The notes under the pieces were generated by a model. The model worked only from the letters and a program-made list of their open reading frames with translations. It ran no database searches and had not been told where the DNA came from. From positions 41,168,001 through 41,232,000 of the forward strand of contig OX597829.1 in assembly GCA_951406725.2 (NCBI GenBank): a DNA stretch of 64,000 nucleotides, given 5' to 3'. Source of the stretch: Octopus vulgaris. Lineage: Eukaryota. This document shows, in pieces, positions 25,675-40,900 of the stretch. Both the position numbers and the translations under genes were made by a program. Within the stretch, counting starts at the first letter, position 1. Every line of letters begins with the position of its first letter.

Positions 25675-28600
25675 CACAATAAATCCAAATAATACAAGAA
25701 AAACAATGGAAGGAGTTGAAGGCTGGAGAATAAAATGGGGGTAAGAAAATTATTGGTTAAAATGAGAGAGTAGCATTTGGGTAACGGCCAAGAATATAGG
25801 ATAAAAACATTAAGAATTGGAAAGAAAACTGAAAGGTACCTGAGGTTTGATGTATTCAGTGTAGTAGTCATATACATCCTAAAGGTATGTGTAATTAAGC
25901 AAAGATTATAAATACAACCACACACACACACATACACACACATATATATACACACGGGATGTGAGGAATAAACTGTTGTCTAAATTACGCAAAAATGAAA
26001 ATAACACTAACACGTCATTTTAACAAGATATATTTACCAAAATTACATAAAAATACCTTGAAATACTAAAGAGTAAATTTATTCCATAAAAATCACCATT
26101 GGCTTCAACCACAGCCTCTAGACAACTTCAGAATCTCCTGCAACTCTTCTGGACGGTCTCCTTGTTTAAGTTGGTGAATGCTGCCATAATCCTTGCCTTC
26201 AATTCATCTCTGGTGTTACTAGGAAATTTGTTGGTCTCTCACTCAACTGCACCCTACACATAATAATCAAGTGGGTTGCAGTCTGAGGAGTTAGGCGGCC
26301 AGATGTCAGGGGTGACGTGGTTGCAGAAATTACCTGACTGGGTTCTCCTGCTTGTGTGGCATGGTGCAGAGTCCTGTTGTCAGACATAGGGTCTTCCAGC
26401 AGCCACCCTCCTGACCCAGGGCAGTACTACCTCCTCCACGCACTTGATGTAGTCCTCTGTGTTGAGTCTGAGGCTGTGTGGGAAGATGAATGGCGGTATA
26501 ACATAGATATATATATATATATATATGTATGTATATATATTCCCCAGACAATCTAAATGTTTGTTGCTTAATGAAGTGTCAGTATCTGACGATATGTGCA
26601 TATACCTGAGCATATATATGTTTGAGGCACCTGTCTGCTGGAGTCATGGTAGGACAACTGTTGTGCTAATGATATATATTACAACAGAAACAAGCATTCC
26701 CATCTGTTCACTTCTCCCCAGTCACTCTGACTGTTTGTCTCTCAATTATATATCAATTTCTGAGAAGTCATAGTACTCAAAATTATTTCTCCCTCTTATA
26801 AAGAATTGGTCATAACTGCTACAGGCATACATTTATTTTCCTCTTAAAAGGAAGATAATTTTAATAAGTCAAAAATTTGTCCTGAATGGTATTTAAATAC
26901 CATTATTCATTTATACCTTTAACCTTTTTGGAATTTATCTAGTCATATCTAGTCATATCATGACTAGAGACCGAGACCTTTGGAAGTATGCTGTGCATGA
27001 GAAGACCCAGCAGGACAAGTGAGACCATATCCCGTGGCCTCTACCTGGGATGCAGCCAGTCCACTTATGCATATCTTTCCTTCTTGGGACACAAAACTCT
27101 ACTTGCGAAGACCTGTTGAGGCAAGTGAAAATCAAAATCAAAATCAAAATCGATCAACATCAACGGAAATTGTAGCTGTGATACCAGTGCTAGTGGCACA
27201 TAAGAGAACCATCCGAACGTGGTCGTTGCCAGCGCTGCCCCGACTGGCCTCCTTGCCAGTAGCACATAAAAAGCACCATCCAATCGTGGCCGTTTGCCAG
27301 CCTCGTCTGGCACCTGTACCGGTGGCATGTAAAAAGCACCCACTACACTCTCGGAGTGGTTGGCGTTAGGAAGGGCATCCAGCCTTAGAAATATTGCCAA
27401 ATCAGACTGGGCCTCCCAGACCCCAGTTGAACTGTCCAACCCATGTTAGCATGGAAAGCGGATGCTAAACGATGATAATGATGATGATATCTAGTCAAAA
27501 TATTCTACCTGTTTTATGTTCAAAATGCCATTCCAAAACTAAACAATGACATCAAAATTTCGAAGCCACACATTCAAAACAATGTGAACAGATAAACATA
27601 ACATTTGACAGGGTAATATAAACGCTAAAGGGTTATTGCAATTACAGCCAACTTCAAATAAAAAGGAGAGATAATCTCACAAATTAAGAATTCACCGAAT
27701 TTAACATGCCATTATGAACAGCTAGGCACAATACAGTATCAGAAACAGATTGTCAGGAGACAGACACAGACTGTCTGGAGACAACTGAACAACTAGGGAC
27801 ACTTGTTTCTTTTTCTTAATATATGTTGTTAGCACAACAGTTATCTTACCATGACTCATGCATGCAAATGAGAATCTTAAATATATATATATCTGTTCGG
27901 GTATAGGCACTCATACTTAGGTAACTTAGATTGGTTTTGGCCATTATCAACGCAGGCCATGCATAACTCGATAGCACCAACTGGAAAAGTCTTTTAATTA
28001 ATTATTTCAGGACACCAAGGACCACGCAAGCAGAGAGTTGTTGTTGGCTGAGACGTATATATGTGTAGGTGGTTTATCTGGTATTTCCTGGAGGAATTTG
28101 TCCAGGTACCATTTGAAAATTGTAGGGTCATTTTTTTACTTTAATTTCTTTCAGGATAACATTGAAAGGAACATGACCATTTGCAGTGAAGAAATTGGGT
28201 TTCAATGTTCTTATGTGTTGTGATCTCAACTTTTGTAGGGAATGCATTGCACAGGGCCCTAGTCTTGGGTGAATTGTAAATATATGAATATATATATTAT
28301 ATATATTATGCTAGAGGGTGTTGAAACACCTATATTGCAAGAAATAAGACTTTAAAACCCTTAATGTTGTATGAAGTGCACAACACAGCATTAAGAGTTT
28401 TTAACTCTTATTTCTTGCAATACACTTAATCATGATTAGTGACAATAAAATTTTTTTCTCTATGGTATTATATTGCACCTAGCTTATATTAATTTTTAAT
28501 ACACACATTAGCATTTCATTAAATCAACCATAAATTTTTATGGCAAAAATATATATACTGACAGCCGGATTCAGCCAAACCATTGAGTGTTTGAGCAGTC

Positions 28601-28843
28601 AGAAATGATGAGCTTACGACTAAGAGGTGAAACTAGTTTAGTGTAGTGGATTTAGAGATGCTCATGGGGTGGTTATCTCCCCAGTCAGTGTATTTATATA
28701 TATATATGGCCTGCTTCTTACAGCATTAAGAGTTTTTAACTCTTATTTCTTGCAATATAGATGCTTCAGTAGCCTCAATCATGATCAGTGACGATAGAAT
28801 TTTTCCTTTATGATATTATATTCAACCTAACTGTTCATATATG

Positions 28844-28901
<58 letters not shown>

Positions 28902-31900
28902 CATCATCTTTATATCTTTCTTCCATATACCATCGTAGTCACCTAAATATAATGTAGGTTAGTAAAGCAACTCCTATTCAACCTTTCTCACTGCCCTTAC
29001 CACTTTCTGACTCTCTCTCTCTCTTACCAATCCCCCAATACTACTTTCCCCTTTTCTTCCTGTTACATCCCCCTCACCCCCCCTGCACATCATCTTTTCT
29101 TCATGCACCACTTTACCTACAAACATATAATATAAGAAAGGCTGAAACACCTATTCAAGCTTTCCCACTGTCCTGTCACTCTCTATCTTGCTCTCACAAA
29201 TTCCCTGGAGCTATTTTCTACTTTCTCTTTCCTAACACATGTTAGCCTCTCCTCTACTACACACTCTCAATAATAAACCTCTGTAACTCCAATAAGAACA
29301 CTCCACTTGCCATTTCAAGCAAGAATGCCACCATCACTGGGTCCACCGACTCAAACCACCCATTACTATCACAACTTTGTCCTCCATCTTCTTCACATTA
29401 ATCTCTAACATTACTTTTTCACTCATTTTCTCTTGTTTTTGTCTCCTCCACATACTATTTCAAGAATGTATATTCATTTAATTCAAGCCTGGCTAGCTTT
29501 CACACAAATCGGTGAATGCTTTGTTTCTGAATTCCTATAGAGGTACAAATATTTTTGTGGCTAGTTCAAAATGTTCAAACATGTTCATCACAGAAGGAGA
29601 CCAAATTAGGTCAAAGCACCATGTTTGACAACTCACCAACAGCATTCTTAGTATGCTCTGTGTCAAAATATTACAACTTATACCATTCCCATTTGAATGA
29701 TGTTATTTCCATTTGCTCAAAGAGCATCAGATGATGAGAATTCTTCAAATTATACCATTCTGAGCCAAACTGCACTTTTCTTTCCAGGTGACACCCATCT
29801 TGGTCAAGTATTCTCACATAGTTCTTAGCCATGTCTTCACCAGCCTGTTTCCCTTTCTCCTTCCTCCTTCAAATGTCCACTCTAAACCTGGCTTAGTCAG
29901 TCTCTTCAACAGAAAGCACGATATATAGCCAAGAAGCTTCCTTCATCTAGTTGTGTTAGTATCTTTCATTTGTATATACATTATAAATATCAAACACATT
30001 ATCTTAATTTAACACTATTACAAGTGCATATATTAAAACAATATGAAATATAATGCAATGTAGTATAATGTAATCTGATATGCAATAATATAACATAATA
30101 CACATAATACTGCCAGATCAGACTGGGCCTTGTGCAGCCTCCTGGCTTCTCAGACGCCAGTCGAACCGTCCAACCCATGCTAGCATGGAAAGCCGACGTT
30201 AAACGATGATGATGATAATGCTGAATACAATATAGTATTTACTGTAAATATTGTTCATTTGTTTTATGTCCATATTTGCATGCTAGATTAGGTTAGACAA
30301 ATACATATTAGAAAGATTTTTGTTTCACAGAGGGATGCCCTTCCTGTCACTAACCATTATCTGTGTTTCAAGCAAGGGATATTTCACACTGCTCATTTTT
30401 GGAACAGTAGGCTTAGTGGGCTGTTTGTTGACAGGGACTTGCCAGCAAGCAACACTATTTGCAGCTAGGCTGTGTAAACTTCCACTCACATACTATTACA
30501 TGCATATGCACACAAACACACATAGATCATCATCATCATCATTTAGCGTCCGCTTTCCATGCTAGCATGGGTTGGATGGTTCAACTGGGGTCTGTGAAGC
30601 CAGAAGGCTGCATCAGGCCCAGTCTGATCTGGCAGTGTTTCTACGGCTGGATGCCCTTCCTAACGCCAACCACTCCGTGAGTGTAGTGGGTGCTTTTTAC
30701 ATGCCACCCGCACAGGTGCCAGACGGAGCTGGCAGACAGCCACGGACAGATGGTGCTTTTTACGTGCCACCGGCATGGGGGCCAGGCGAGGCTGGCAACG
30801 GCCACGAACGGATGGTGCTTTTTACGTGCCACCGGCACGGAGGCCAGGCGAAGCTGGCAACGGCATTTTGGGCAAGTTAACTTGGGATTCCCTAATGACT
30901 GTAAACTTCATATAATTAAGGTATCTTTGGCTTGTTTAGTAGCTAGCTGAGCATCCCTTGTTGAGTAATTATTACATTAGATTATCTACTAGATAGAAAA
31001 CATATGTAGCCTGCATTTTACCTGCTCCACTCCATCAATTTGTATGCATGCATGAATACACACACACACATACATACATATACACATACATACATACATA
31101 CATTACAAAATCTGCAGAAAGAGCAAATACATACATATATTCATATTCATTTATATCTACAGAACAGATCTTTCTATGGATTTTGTAATGTTCCTTTAGT
31201 TGCTGCTCACATTGCCTCCCCTTGGATTAATAAGTGTATACAGCTCATTTAAGCACTACAATTCCAGTCTGTTATATATTTTGAGTGTTGTTGTCACTAG
31301 CGATCTCAAGATATAACTTGGTATTTTGTAATTTACATACATACATTTATTTATATAATTACTTATTCATTTATTTATTTATTTATATATTATGATGGGC
31401 TTCTGTGCAGTTTCTGTCAACCAAATTCACTCACAAGGCATTAGTCAGAAACATCTGCCCAAAAACCAGGTAGTTGAGGGATGAACTTCCAAACAACACA
31501 GTTGTATATCAATATGTGTTTGACAGTAGTATATTTTATTGACCCCCACCTCCCCAGTATGATAAAAGGCAAAGTTAACAGTGTCAGAATTTGAACTCAG
31601 AACATGCCAAACATGCTAAAACAATTACAGCGAGTTATCTTGTTCAATGCCCTAATAATTCAGCCAGTTCACTACTAGCCTTGATACAATATCCTTTTGT
31701 GTTATAAGCACAAAGCCTGAAATTTTATGGGACGGGGGCTTGTCAATTATATTGACCCAAGTACTTGACTGGTACTTAATTTGACCCTGAAAGGATGAAA
31801 AGCAAACTCGACCTTGACAATATTTGAGCCCAGAATGTAAAGACAGATGAAATACTGCTAAGCATACTAACAATTCTGCCAGCTTATCTTCAGCTTTGAT

Positions 31901-34900
31901 ATGATGATGATGATGATGATCATCATCATCATCATTTAGCGTCTGCTTTCCATGCTAGCATGGGTTGGATGGTTCAACTGGGGTCTGGGAAGCCAGAAGG
32001 CTGCATCAGGCCCAGTCTGATCTGGCAGTGTTTCTACGGCTGGATGCCCTTCCTAACGCCAACCACTCCGTGAGTGTAGTGGGTGCTATAATTAAAATTA
32101 CATTAACACATGTAATCGAAAACAAATGTACAGGAGGAAAAAAAACAAAAAAAACGAACTTACCGTCACAGTTTCTTCTGCCAATTCTGAGAGATGAGTT
32201 GCAGTATTCTCCAAATAGCATGGCAGTACCATGTAGTTTGTGTTAAACATTCTTATTCTAATATCCAGGTCATTCAAGATCTATGAACATCAGAACCAAA
32301 AGATGATTAAAAAAATTAAAAAAACACACATTTCATCAGGCATCCATTCCATAAAAAGCAACATAAATTAATACCATCATCATCATCATCATCAGTATCA
32401 CAACCACAATCATCATCATTGTTGCTTTAACATCAACTTTGCTATGCTTGCGTGCATCAGGCAGAATTCATTGAGACCGATTTTCTGAAGCCAGACATCC
32501 TTCTTGTTACCACTATTCATATATAGTGAACTGCAGGGCACTTTGTGATGATGATGATGATGATGATGATAAGAACTATATCTCAATGGCTGGCCAAATC
32601 TGCTGATCAAAAATAAATAGAATAAACAATAAATATGGAAATATGCCGTGCTCCAGAAGACTCAGAAAGCACAAGTGTCACCATAACCTTGTGGCCTATG
32701 CTAGGGAGTAACCAGTCCATTTATGCGTGACTTTTCTTCATTGGACACTAAACTCTGCTTGTGAAGACCAGTTGAGGCAAGTGAAATCAAAGTCGAAATC
32801 AAACTCGGTGACTGGCATCCGTTGCTAGTGGAGCGCTAAGAGTACCATATGAGTGAGATCGTTGTCTGAGCAACAAACTGGCCTTCGTGCTGGTGGCACA
32901 TTAAGCACACCATTCGAGCGTGATCGTTACCGCGTCGCCTTACTAGCACTTGTGCTGGTGGCCCGTGAAACATTCGAGCGAGGACGTCGCCAGTGCCGCT
33001 GGGCTGGCTCCTGTGCAGGTGGCACGTAAAAAGCACCATTTGGACATGGCTGTTGCCAGTACCACCAAACTGACCCTCGTGCCGGTACCACGTAAAAGCA
33101 CCCACTACACTCTTAGATGGTTGGTGTTAGGAAGGGCATCCAGCTGTAGAAACTCTGCCAGATCAGATTGGAGTCTGGTTCGCCAGACCTCAGTCAAATC
33201 GTCCAACCCATGCTAGCATGGAAAGTGGACGTTAAATGATGATGATGATGATGAATAAATACTGCTTTCTCTCCACTCAGTTGAGAAGTTTTATCTTGCA
33301 AGTTACTTGGCAATTCAGTTGGTGGTGGTGCCAAGTAAAAAACCAACCAGTACACTCTGTAAAGTGGTCGGCAATAGGAAGGGCATCTTGCCAGAGGAAC
33401 CATGCCAAAGCAGATACTGGAGCTTGATATATTTCTTTCACTCACCATCTCCCATCAAGCCATCCAAACCATCCAATGCATGCCAGCATGGAAAGCAGAT
33501 GTTAAATGAAATGACGATGAACAATTCATAACTTTACAGACATCGTCCAACCCATGCTAGCATGGAAAGCAGACGTTAAACGATGATGATGATGATGAAC
33601 TTCACTAAAATATCATACTGCAAATAAATAAATTAATTCATAAAAATAATGGTGAAACTGAACTGAGATCTAATTATTAGGAGTTGCAAAAACAAAGAAT
33701 TTGTTCTTTTACTGTTTTTTTTATCATGTGAGTATTGGATGCGGGGAATTTATTTGTTGGAAATATTATTTTTCAAGCAAGAACCAAATTTATCATTTTT
33801 CAGTTAGTCTTTGGTGAGTAAACACCTTAATAGCTGAACTGTTGTCACAAAACATTTGATGCACCATTTTATTCTCTGGAGTTAACAGCCCTAATCTATT
33901 AGGAATATCTACACACAAACACACATACACATGAATGACAGTATATGCACGCACACACACACAAACACTTCTTATCAGTATTATAGGCTGCCAGGCAAAT
34001 CAATACCCTGGGCCCAATAGTATTTATTTATTTACAGCAAGCCATAGCATACGTAAATCAGAATTGAACCCCTAGACTTGAGAAGTGCCCCACCTTCTGC
34101 CCCACCTGCAAGACAAATGCCCAATGTGCCCATGCCTTAAGATACCACTGTGCATGAGTACACACACACACACACATACACATCTGTACACACATAGACA
34201 ACTGATACTGCCATTACAGCAGAAGTCACCACCACCACCACCATCATTTTACAGCCACTTTCCAAGCTGATATTTATTAAAAGGGGTTATCATAGCCTGA
34301 GTTAACACCTGCACAGAGTTATGACTAATCTCTTAAAGATTTAAAGGACCACATTCCACTTGTATGATATACATACATGCATATATATATATACTTTTTT
34401 CACTGTATTTTGCATTTGTCTCTTCTGGCATCTGATATTTAATATTACTGATCTTGTATAATAACGTATTATTATTGACCTTGTATAATAATGATTAATA
34501 ATATATCCCTTAATTTGCTGTTTTTGTACACACATACCAAGACATTATTTAAATGGGAAACCTCTTAAAATCACCCAAGGAAACACATCTACACTGACAG
34601 ATACTTCTAAACCAGCTGTTCAGTATCTCACCCATGAGGGATTGAAGTTAGATGGGTCGAAACAATTGCAGTGATGAATAAACATTCCTGTATCTTCCAT
34701 CTTTCTCATTAATCAAATATATGTATGTATGTATGTATATATGTGTAAATATATCTATGTTTATATATAAAATCGTCCAACCCATGCTACCATGGAAAGC
34801 GGATGTTAAACGATGATGATGATGATAAAAATCATTTTAACACCCACTTTTGCATGTTTGCATGAGTTGTTGGTCAGAACATGTTGAGGTGTATTTTCCA

Positions 34901-34910
34901 TGGCCAAATG

Positions 34911-34959
<49 letters not shown>

Positions 34960-37900
34960 TTCCTTTCAAGCGTTGGACCTCATGGAGGTTCAATGCTCAA
35001 AAAGGAACCCAGCCACTTCGCGTCCATGAGGCCCAACACTCAAAAGAAGCTTGGTCACTTTGCCTCCATGGAGCCTAATGATCAAAAGGAACTCAGCTAT
35101 TTTGGCCCCATGAGGCCCAATGCTCAAAAGGAACTCAGACACTTTGCCTCTATGAGGCCCAATGCTCAAAAGGAAATCAGTCACTTTACCTCCAAGTAAT
35201 AAAGTAGTGAAATCCAAAATGATCATGGTGTAGGTAGGTAGACATAGCTGGTATAGATAATTCAAAGAAAATAATAATCAATAAAGTTTATTGATTAACT
35301 TATATGTTAAGCTTTATCCCATACTCAATTAGATAAAAATTTCGATAAGATGACCCCCACTTTACAACTCTGATATACAGCAACAGAAGTTGCTTACTAT
35401 GCAGTTATAAATCAGTGTGTGTAGGGAAAAGAGTAAGTAAATATGTACTACATATGTTTCAAAGGAAAACGAAATTGGAGTTATGTAACTTCAGAGTCAC
35501 ATAACTCCAATTATGTGTGTGTGCACGTGCACACATGTGCGTGCATGCATTTGTGTGTGTGAATGCACATGCAACACATTACATCTTGAACATCATCCTT
35601 ACTCTTTCATCCTGGAATAAAATTGCATCATACATGTGTTAGATGAGTGTTATGTTTACAACCTCATAGTAGAAAAATACTGATTTCACCAGATTTCTCT
35701 GAGTGTGAATTGTTTGCGGGTGCTCTGCTGGTTTCAGCCTACATGGCATCTCTTGTTAATAATCACATTTCTTAAACTTAGTTGAAATATAAGTTTTAGT
35801 GTTGAATATTTGTGCCACTCAGACTGGACTCAATCAATCAAAAGCATTCAAGTGGTAAGTAAAAAAAAATATATCCTAAAATAGTATTTTTGATGAACTC
35901 ATGATTGTCTTATCAATAATTTCCATAAATTCACAACTATTGAGTTTTGTAAATTGAAAATACGTAAAAGAGACCACATTCACCATCACCCAGATGTAAT
36001 TCCTGTTGCTAACCCTCTTCTGTTTCTAAGCAAGATAATGTTTGTCCTATGACCAGACATATTTTTATATGTTAAGGCAATATGTTACACACATATCACA
36101 CACATCAGCCTGGAGTTATAATAGAAGACACTTGCTTGAGGTAAACTTGAGTGGAACTGAACTCAAGGGAAGTAAGTTTCTTTACCACACAACCAGGTCT
36201 GTTGAATTTCCTATAAATAGATAATTGAATAAACTGTTTCTGTATATCGTTTTAAAAGGAAGCCTTACCGGTTCAAATTCTGGAAATGACAACAACCACT
36301 GGTGACACCTAGAGGATACAAAAAAAAATAATAAACACAGTATTATAGATGATTGTTCTCTAATATCAATCAGAGATACCCCCCCACCACCACTACCACC
36401 GCTTTCATACAATGTTCTCTTTTAAAAGGCTCTCGTCCAACCTGAAACTTTCCAACATAATTTCATGTAAAAATCTTTTAAGTTATGTTCCAAACACCAG
36501 CTTAATAATAAAGAAATTAGGTATTTCAGTAAAATCTCTCCAAATTTTTTATGATTTACAAAATAAATTGGAACACATAGACAATGGAATTCGTTAGGAA
36601 TATGTTCAATTACTGACCATAAAACTGGTTCTGTGTCAAATTAATAATAGTTCCTTAGATATTATACCATTTCAATCTTTCATGATGATAGGAACATATG
36701 GAGATGCCTGAGGACTATATCCACAAGGCTTTCCCAGAAATGGTGCACAAGATGGATGGATGGATTTCAAAGGAAAAACTTAGTTTCAATTTTTTTTTAA
36801 ATAATCAAGAATTTGGAGGCATTTAGAAAAAAAACTAATTTTGTGCTTCGACCATCATGACTTGACATTGAATTATAGTGAAAAGTTTTAAATAAGATAT
36901 GATCGCAGGAAAAAGGGAGTCTTAAGCATATTGGTGTTAAAAGGTTTAAATATACAGTAATTTGTTTCCTGAACATAAACACTTCACAAAATAGAATGTG
37001 GTCTTGCTAAATACAAGTATAATATTGATTTTCTTGATCCTCTGGTTCTAAAGTCTTTCCAAATTACAGATTTTTCCAAACTAGAGTTGACCACCTTGGT
37101 CAAAAACACTCTCAATTAAACAAAAATTATTTTTACTTAAATAATTAAATGAAATACAGGTATCTGTGCATTAGTAAGGTAATCGAGGTAGTCAGAGTAT
37201 GTGACAGAGTACTTAAGATTAGATTAGTACTCTAATAATCTACCATTATCTTGGCCTATACCCCTCAACCGGGGCTAATGGAGGGGCAGAAAGACCGATT
37301 CTATGACACCCTATTGCAGACTACCTCGTCGACGAATGACAGGGACCTTCTCTTTGTGGCTGGTGATTTCAATGGACATGCTGGACAATGTGCAGGGGGC
37401 TTCCATGGCATACATGGAGGCTATGGTTTTGGTTCCCGCAATGAGGAGGGAACCAGACTGCTGGAGTTCTGCGATGCAAATGATTTTATGATTTGCAATA
37501 CTAACTTCAGAAAACCCGCCTGCCACCTAGTCACCTATTGTTCTGGCAGACACACTAGCCAAATTGACTACATCTTCGTCAGAAAAAGGGAAAGAGGGCT
37601 GCTTATAAATGCCAAAACCTTCCCAGGCAAAGAATGTACCCCTCAACATAGATTAGTAGTTAGTTACTTCAGGATCAGAGCTAAATGGATGCCCAGAAGA
37701 AGACCAGCTTGGAGGAGAAGGGTCTGGAAGCTTAAAGATCCTGCAAACGGGCAGAGATTTAGAGACGAATTACTAGAAGGTGGTGCTCCGGCGTGGCCAT
37801 AGTCAAATGACTGAGAAGAATGAAGGAAGGAAGGGAGGAGGAGGGGGGAGGAGGAGGGGAGGAGGAAGGGAGGAAGGGAGGAGGAGGAGGGAGGAGGAGG

Positions 37901-40900
37901 AAGAAGAAGAAGAAGAAGAAGAAGAAGAAGAAGAAGAAGAAGAAGAAGAAGAAGAAGAAGAAGAAGAAGAAGAAGAAGAAGAAGAAGAAGAAGAAGAAGA
38001 AGAAGAAGAAGAAGAAGAAGAAGAAGAAGAAGAAGAAGAAGAAGAAGAAGAAGAAGAAGAAGAAAGCCAATGTTACCACCACCAACAACAACAAGAAGAA
38101 GAAAAAGGAAAGGTGACAAAGACTTACTCTTCTGCAGTTGGTTTTGGCATAAACAGATTGCTGTTCCGAGATTTGTTCCCATTCTTTGCTGGCTATAAGA
38201 CAAAGGCAAGTAAAGAATTATTTCCAGTATTAGAATGATGCAAGCAGACTATTGTTATTGTTGTACATTCCTATCAGACTGAGAAGACATGTGTCACAGA
38301 TAGTAACTAAAAATTGAATGCTTAGAAGTAATCTACAGTCTTTACACACAAGCATATAAACCAGCTATATCTGGCCCAAATATTCTATATGCTTTATCTT
38401 TAAACTGACCAGGTTACAAGGAAAGGCATTAAGCTGGTAGGAATAGCAACCAAACTTCAAATCACTTGCTACCATCGTAAATGGAGGAAGAGCATGCTGG
38501 ATAATGTATAAACCAAATTAGTTAATAATATAAAATAAATAACTAATTACTCATATATCTATATAATAATGCTTGTTCTTTAGTTTTTGTTTGCTCCTTC
38601 TCGAGACCTGCCTGGCTCATAAGGGCCGGTTTCCCGGTTTCTTGGCGTATAGGTTCCCCACCTGGACGGGACGCTGGTCCATCGCAGGTGAGCTGCAAGA
38701 TGCAGGAAGAAAGAGTGAGAGAAAGTTGTGGCGAAAGAATCAGCAAAAGTTTCGCCAATACTTTCTGCTGGAGCTGTGTGGAGCTTAGGTGTTTCGCTCA
38801 TAAACACACACATCGCCCGGTCTGAGATTTGAACCTGCGATCCCTCGACCGTGAGTCCGCTGCTCTAACCACTAGGCCATGTGCCTCCACATAATAATGC
38901 TAAAGCTCAACAAGGTTTTCTCATCCCTTAAAAATTTTTAAGATCTTGCACAGTATAAATTAATTTCTAATAAAGAAGATAGAAGCAGTTCATTTATCCC
39001 AGAAATGAACTTTCTGGAAAAGACAAGATGAGATGACCGTGAATTAAACACCTTTAATCATAGCTCTGACCTTGGACTAAATAACAAGAATTGTATCAAT
39101 TGCAACAACATGTAACAAACACTAAACTAATAGAATGAAATAACACATCATACCCACCTTTAAGGTTGGATCCAGTGGTTTGTCTAGGACAAGTATTTTG
39201 TAAGGCTTGTATATCTGGTGGAAAGGAAAGCAGAAATCAAAATTAGAAAATGGTGAAGGAATTTAGACCCTACCTTCTCTCTTACATTCCCTTACTAGTT
39301 TGTTGCCTGGCTGTAGCTCTATTTCTCTCTCTGCCCTCTCCTATACATTTTTTTTAGGAGAGTATTGTAGTTCACTTGAAGCATTGCGTAATTTGTAACA
39401 AATAAAAAGTTTTGAATGGTACAACAATGCATTATAATACAGACAATGGGCTATATACCTGTTGTAATTTAGTCATCCATAGTCTGATATGATATTTCAG
39501 AATAATATTCCTTCTTCAGATAGTCTTAGATGGAGTCACTGCTATAATCGGTTTTCTAACGACTTTTCTTTTTTTATATTTTTTTTTTTTGGAAGCATCT
39601 CAGCAGTGGGCTCACGATGCTCCTTCTGGAATTCCTCATGAGAAGTGTGTAAGGGCAGCCATGTCAATTTTTTTTTTTTGTTATTTCTTTACATTAGTAA
39701 GACTGGAGAAATATTACCTTTAACTGAGTTTATCAGGACATGGTATCAAACAAGAGAAACAGGATGGCGAGCTGGCAGAAATGTTAGCGAAAAGTTTAAC
39801 AGTATTTCATCTGCTGTTACGTTCTGAGTTCAAATTCCGCCGAGGTCGACTTTGCCTTTCATCCTTTCGGGGTCGATAAATTAAGGACCAGTTACATATT
39901 GGGGGTCGATGTAATCGACTTAATCCCTTTGTCCGTCCTTGCTTGTCCCTTCTATGTTTAGTCCCTCGTGGGCAATAAAGAAATAAGTGAAACAGGATGA
40001 TGTGTACACACACACACATGTAGCGTGGGTATCATTTTGTAGGATGGTAGTGCGGGCACCATTTGAAAGCTGCAACAATGCAAGCAGACACATTGTAACC
40101 AGCGTTGTATAGTAGCATTCTTTTTGCCAGCTGAGTGGACTTTGAGCAATGTGAAGTGAAGTGTATAACTCAACAAAACAACACAGCCACTTAGTCCAGG
40201 AAACAGAGCTACAATCTTATGAGCTGCAACACCCTAACAATTAGGCTATGTTGTATATGCATGAATACATGTGTGCATGCGTGGGAGAGGGGTGCATGCG
40301 AGCATGCACGCACATGTAAATTTACTGACTTTCTGCTGGTTTCTATGATAATTAATCAGTTATACAATTAACTGAACTTTCTGCTCAGTGTATTACAGTG
40401 TAGGTGGCTGAGTATTCCACAGACATGTATAACCTCTTTAACATAATCTTCAAGCAGAATCAGTATGACACAATGTGTGTGTGTGTGTGTGTGTGGTGTA
40501 AGAATATCAGACACTTAAATTGCAAGTAAGATCCACCTGACAGGCTCCTGAATAGCTTCCCCAACTAAATTCCATGCACTAATCTCAGTGTATGTTTTGG
40601 TACAGTCATTTCGGTGCTGTCTATTTGGCATCGGTGATTTGATGTTGGCTTATTTGACAGCAGACATCTTAATGTTTCTCTTGTTCTCTCAACTTCCACC
40701 TTCTTCTCTCTTCATATATGTGAGCATATTTCTGTTTGCACATATGGGAGGAGAAAGTGAAAATATCTATTTTGTTTAATCAATAAATCATAATCTTTGC
40801 CTGCCTATCTGTGTATGTGTGTGTGTGTGTGTGTGTGCATGCATGAACGCTTGCCAAAACCTATTGTCAGCCAAACAGACACAGCCATGTCAAATTGCTA

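Noticed and set aside
24620-25955. Many ORFs rich in IY/CV/HT repeats
   Set aside because: Translations of (TA)n, (TG)n and (CA)n microsatellites
34972-35193. CRISPR-like regular repeats
   Set aside because: Head-to-tail units without unique spacers; eukaryotic context; no cas genes
37664-38238. Poly-E, poly-K, poly-L and poly-F ORFs
   Set aside because: Artefacts of the (GAA)n tract; the real exon (38128-38192) is a short spliced segment next to it
38815-38890. tRNA gene candidates (also 51338, 2177)
   Set aside because: A/B boxes continue into repeated SINE bodies; no complete cloverleaf
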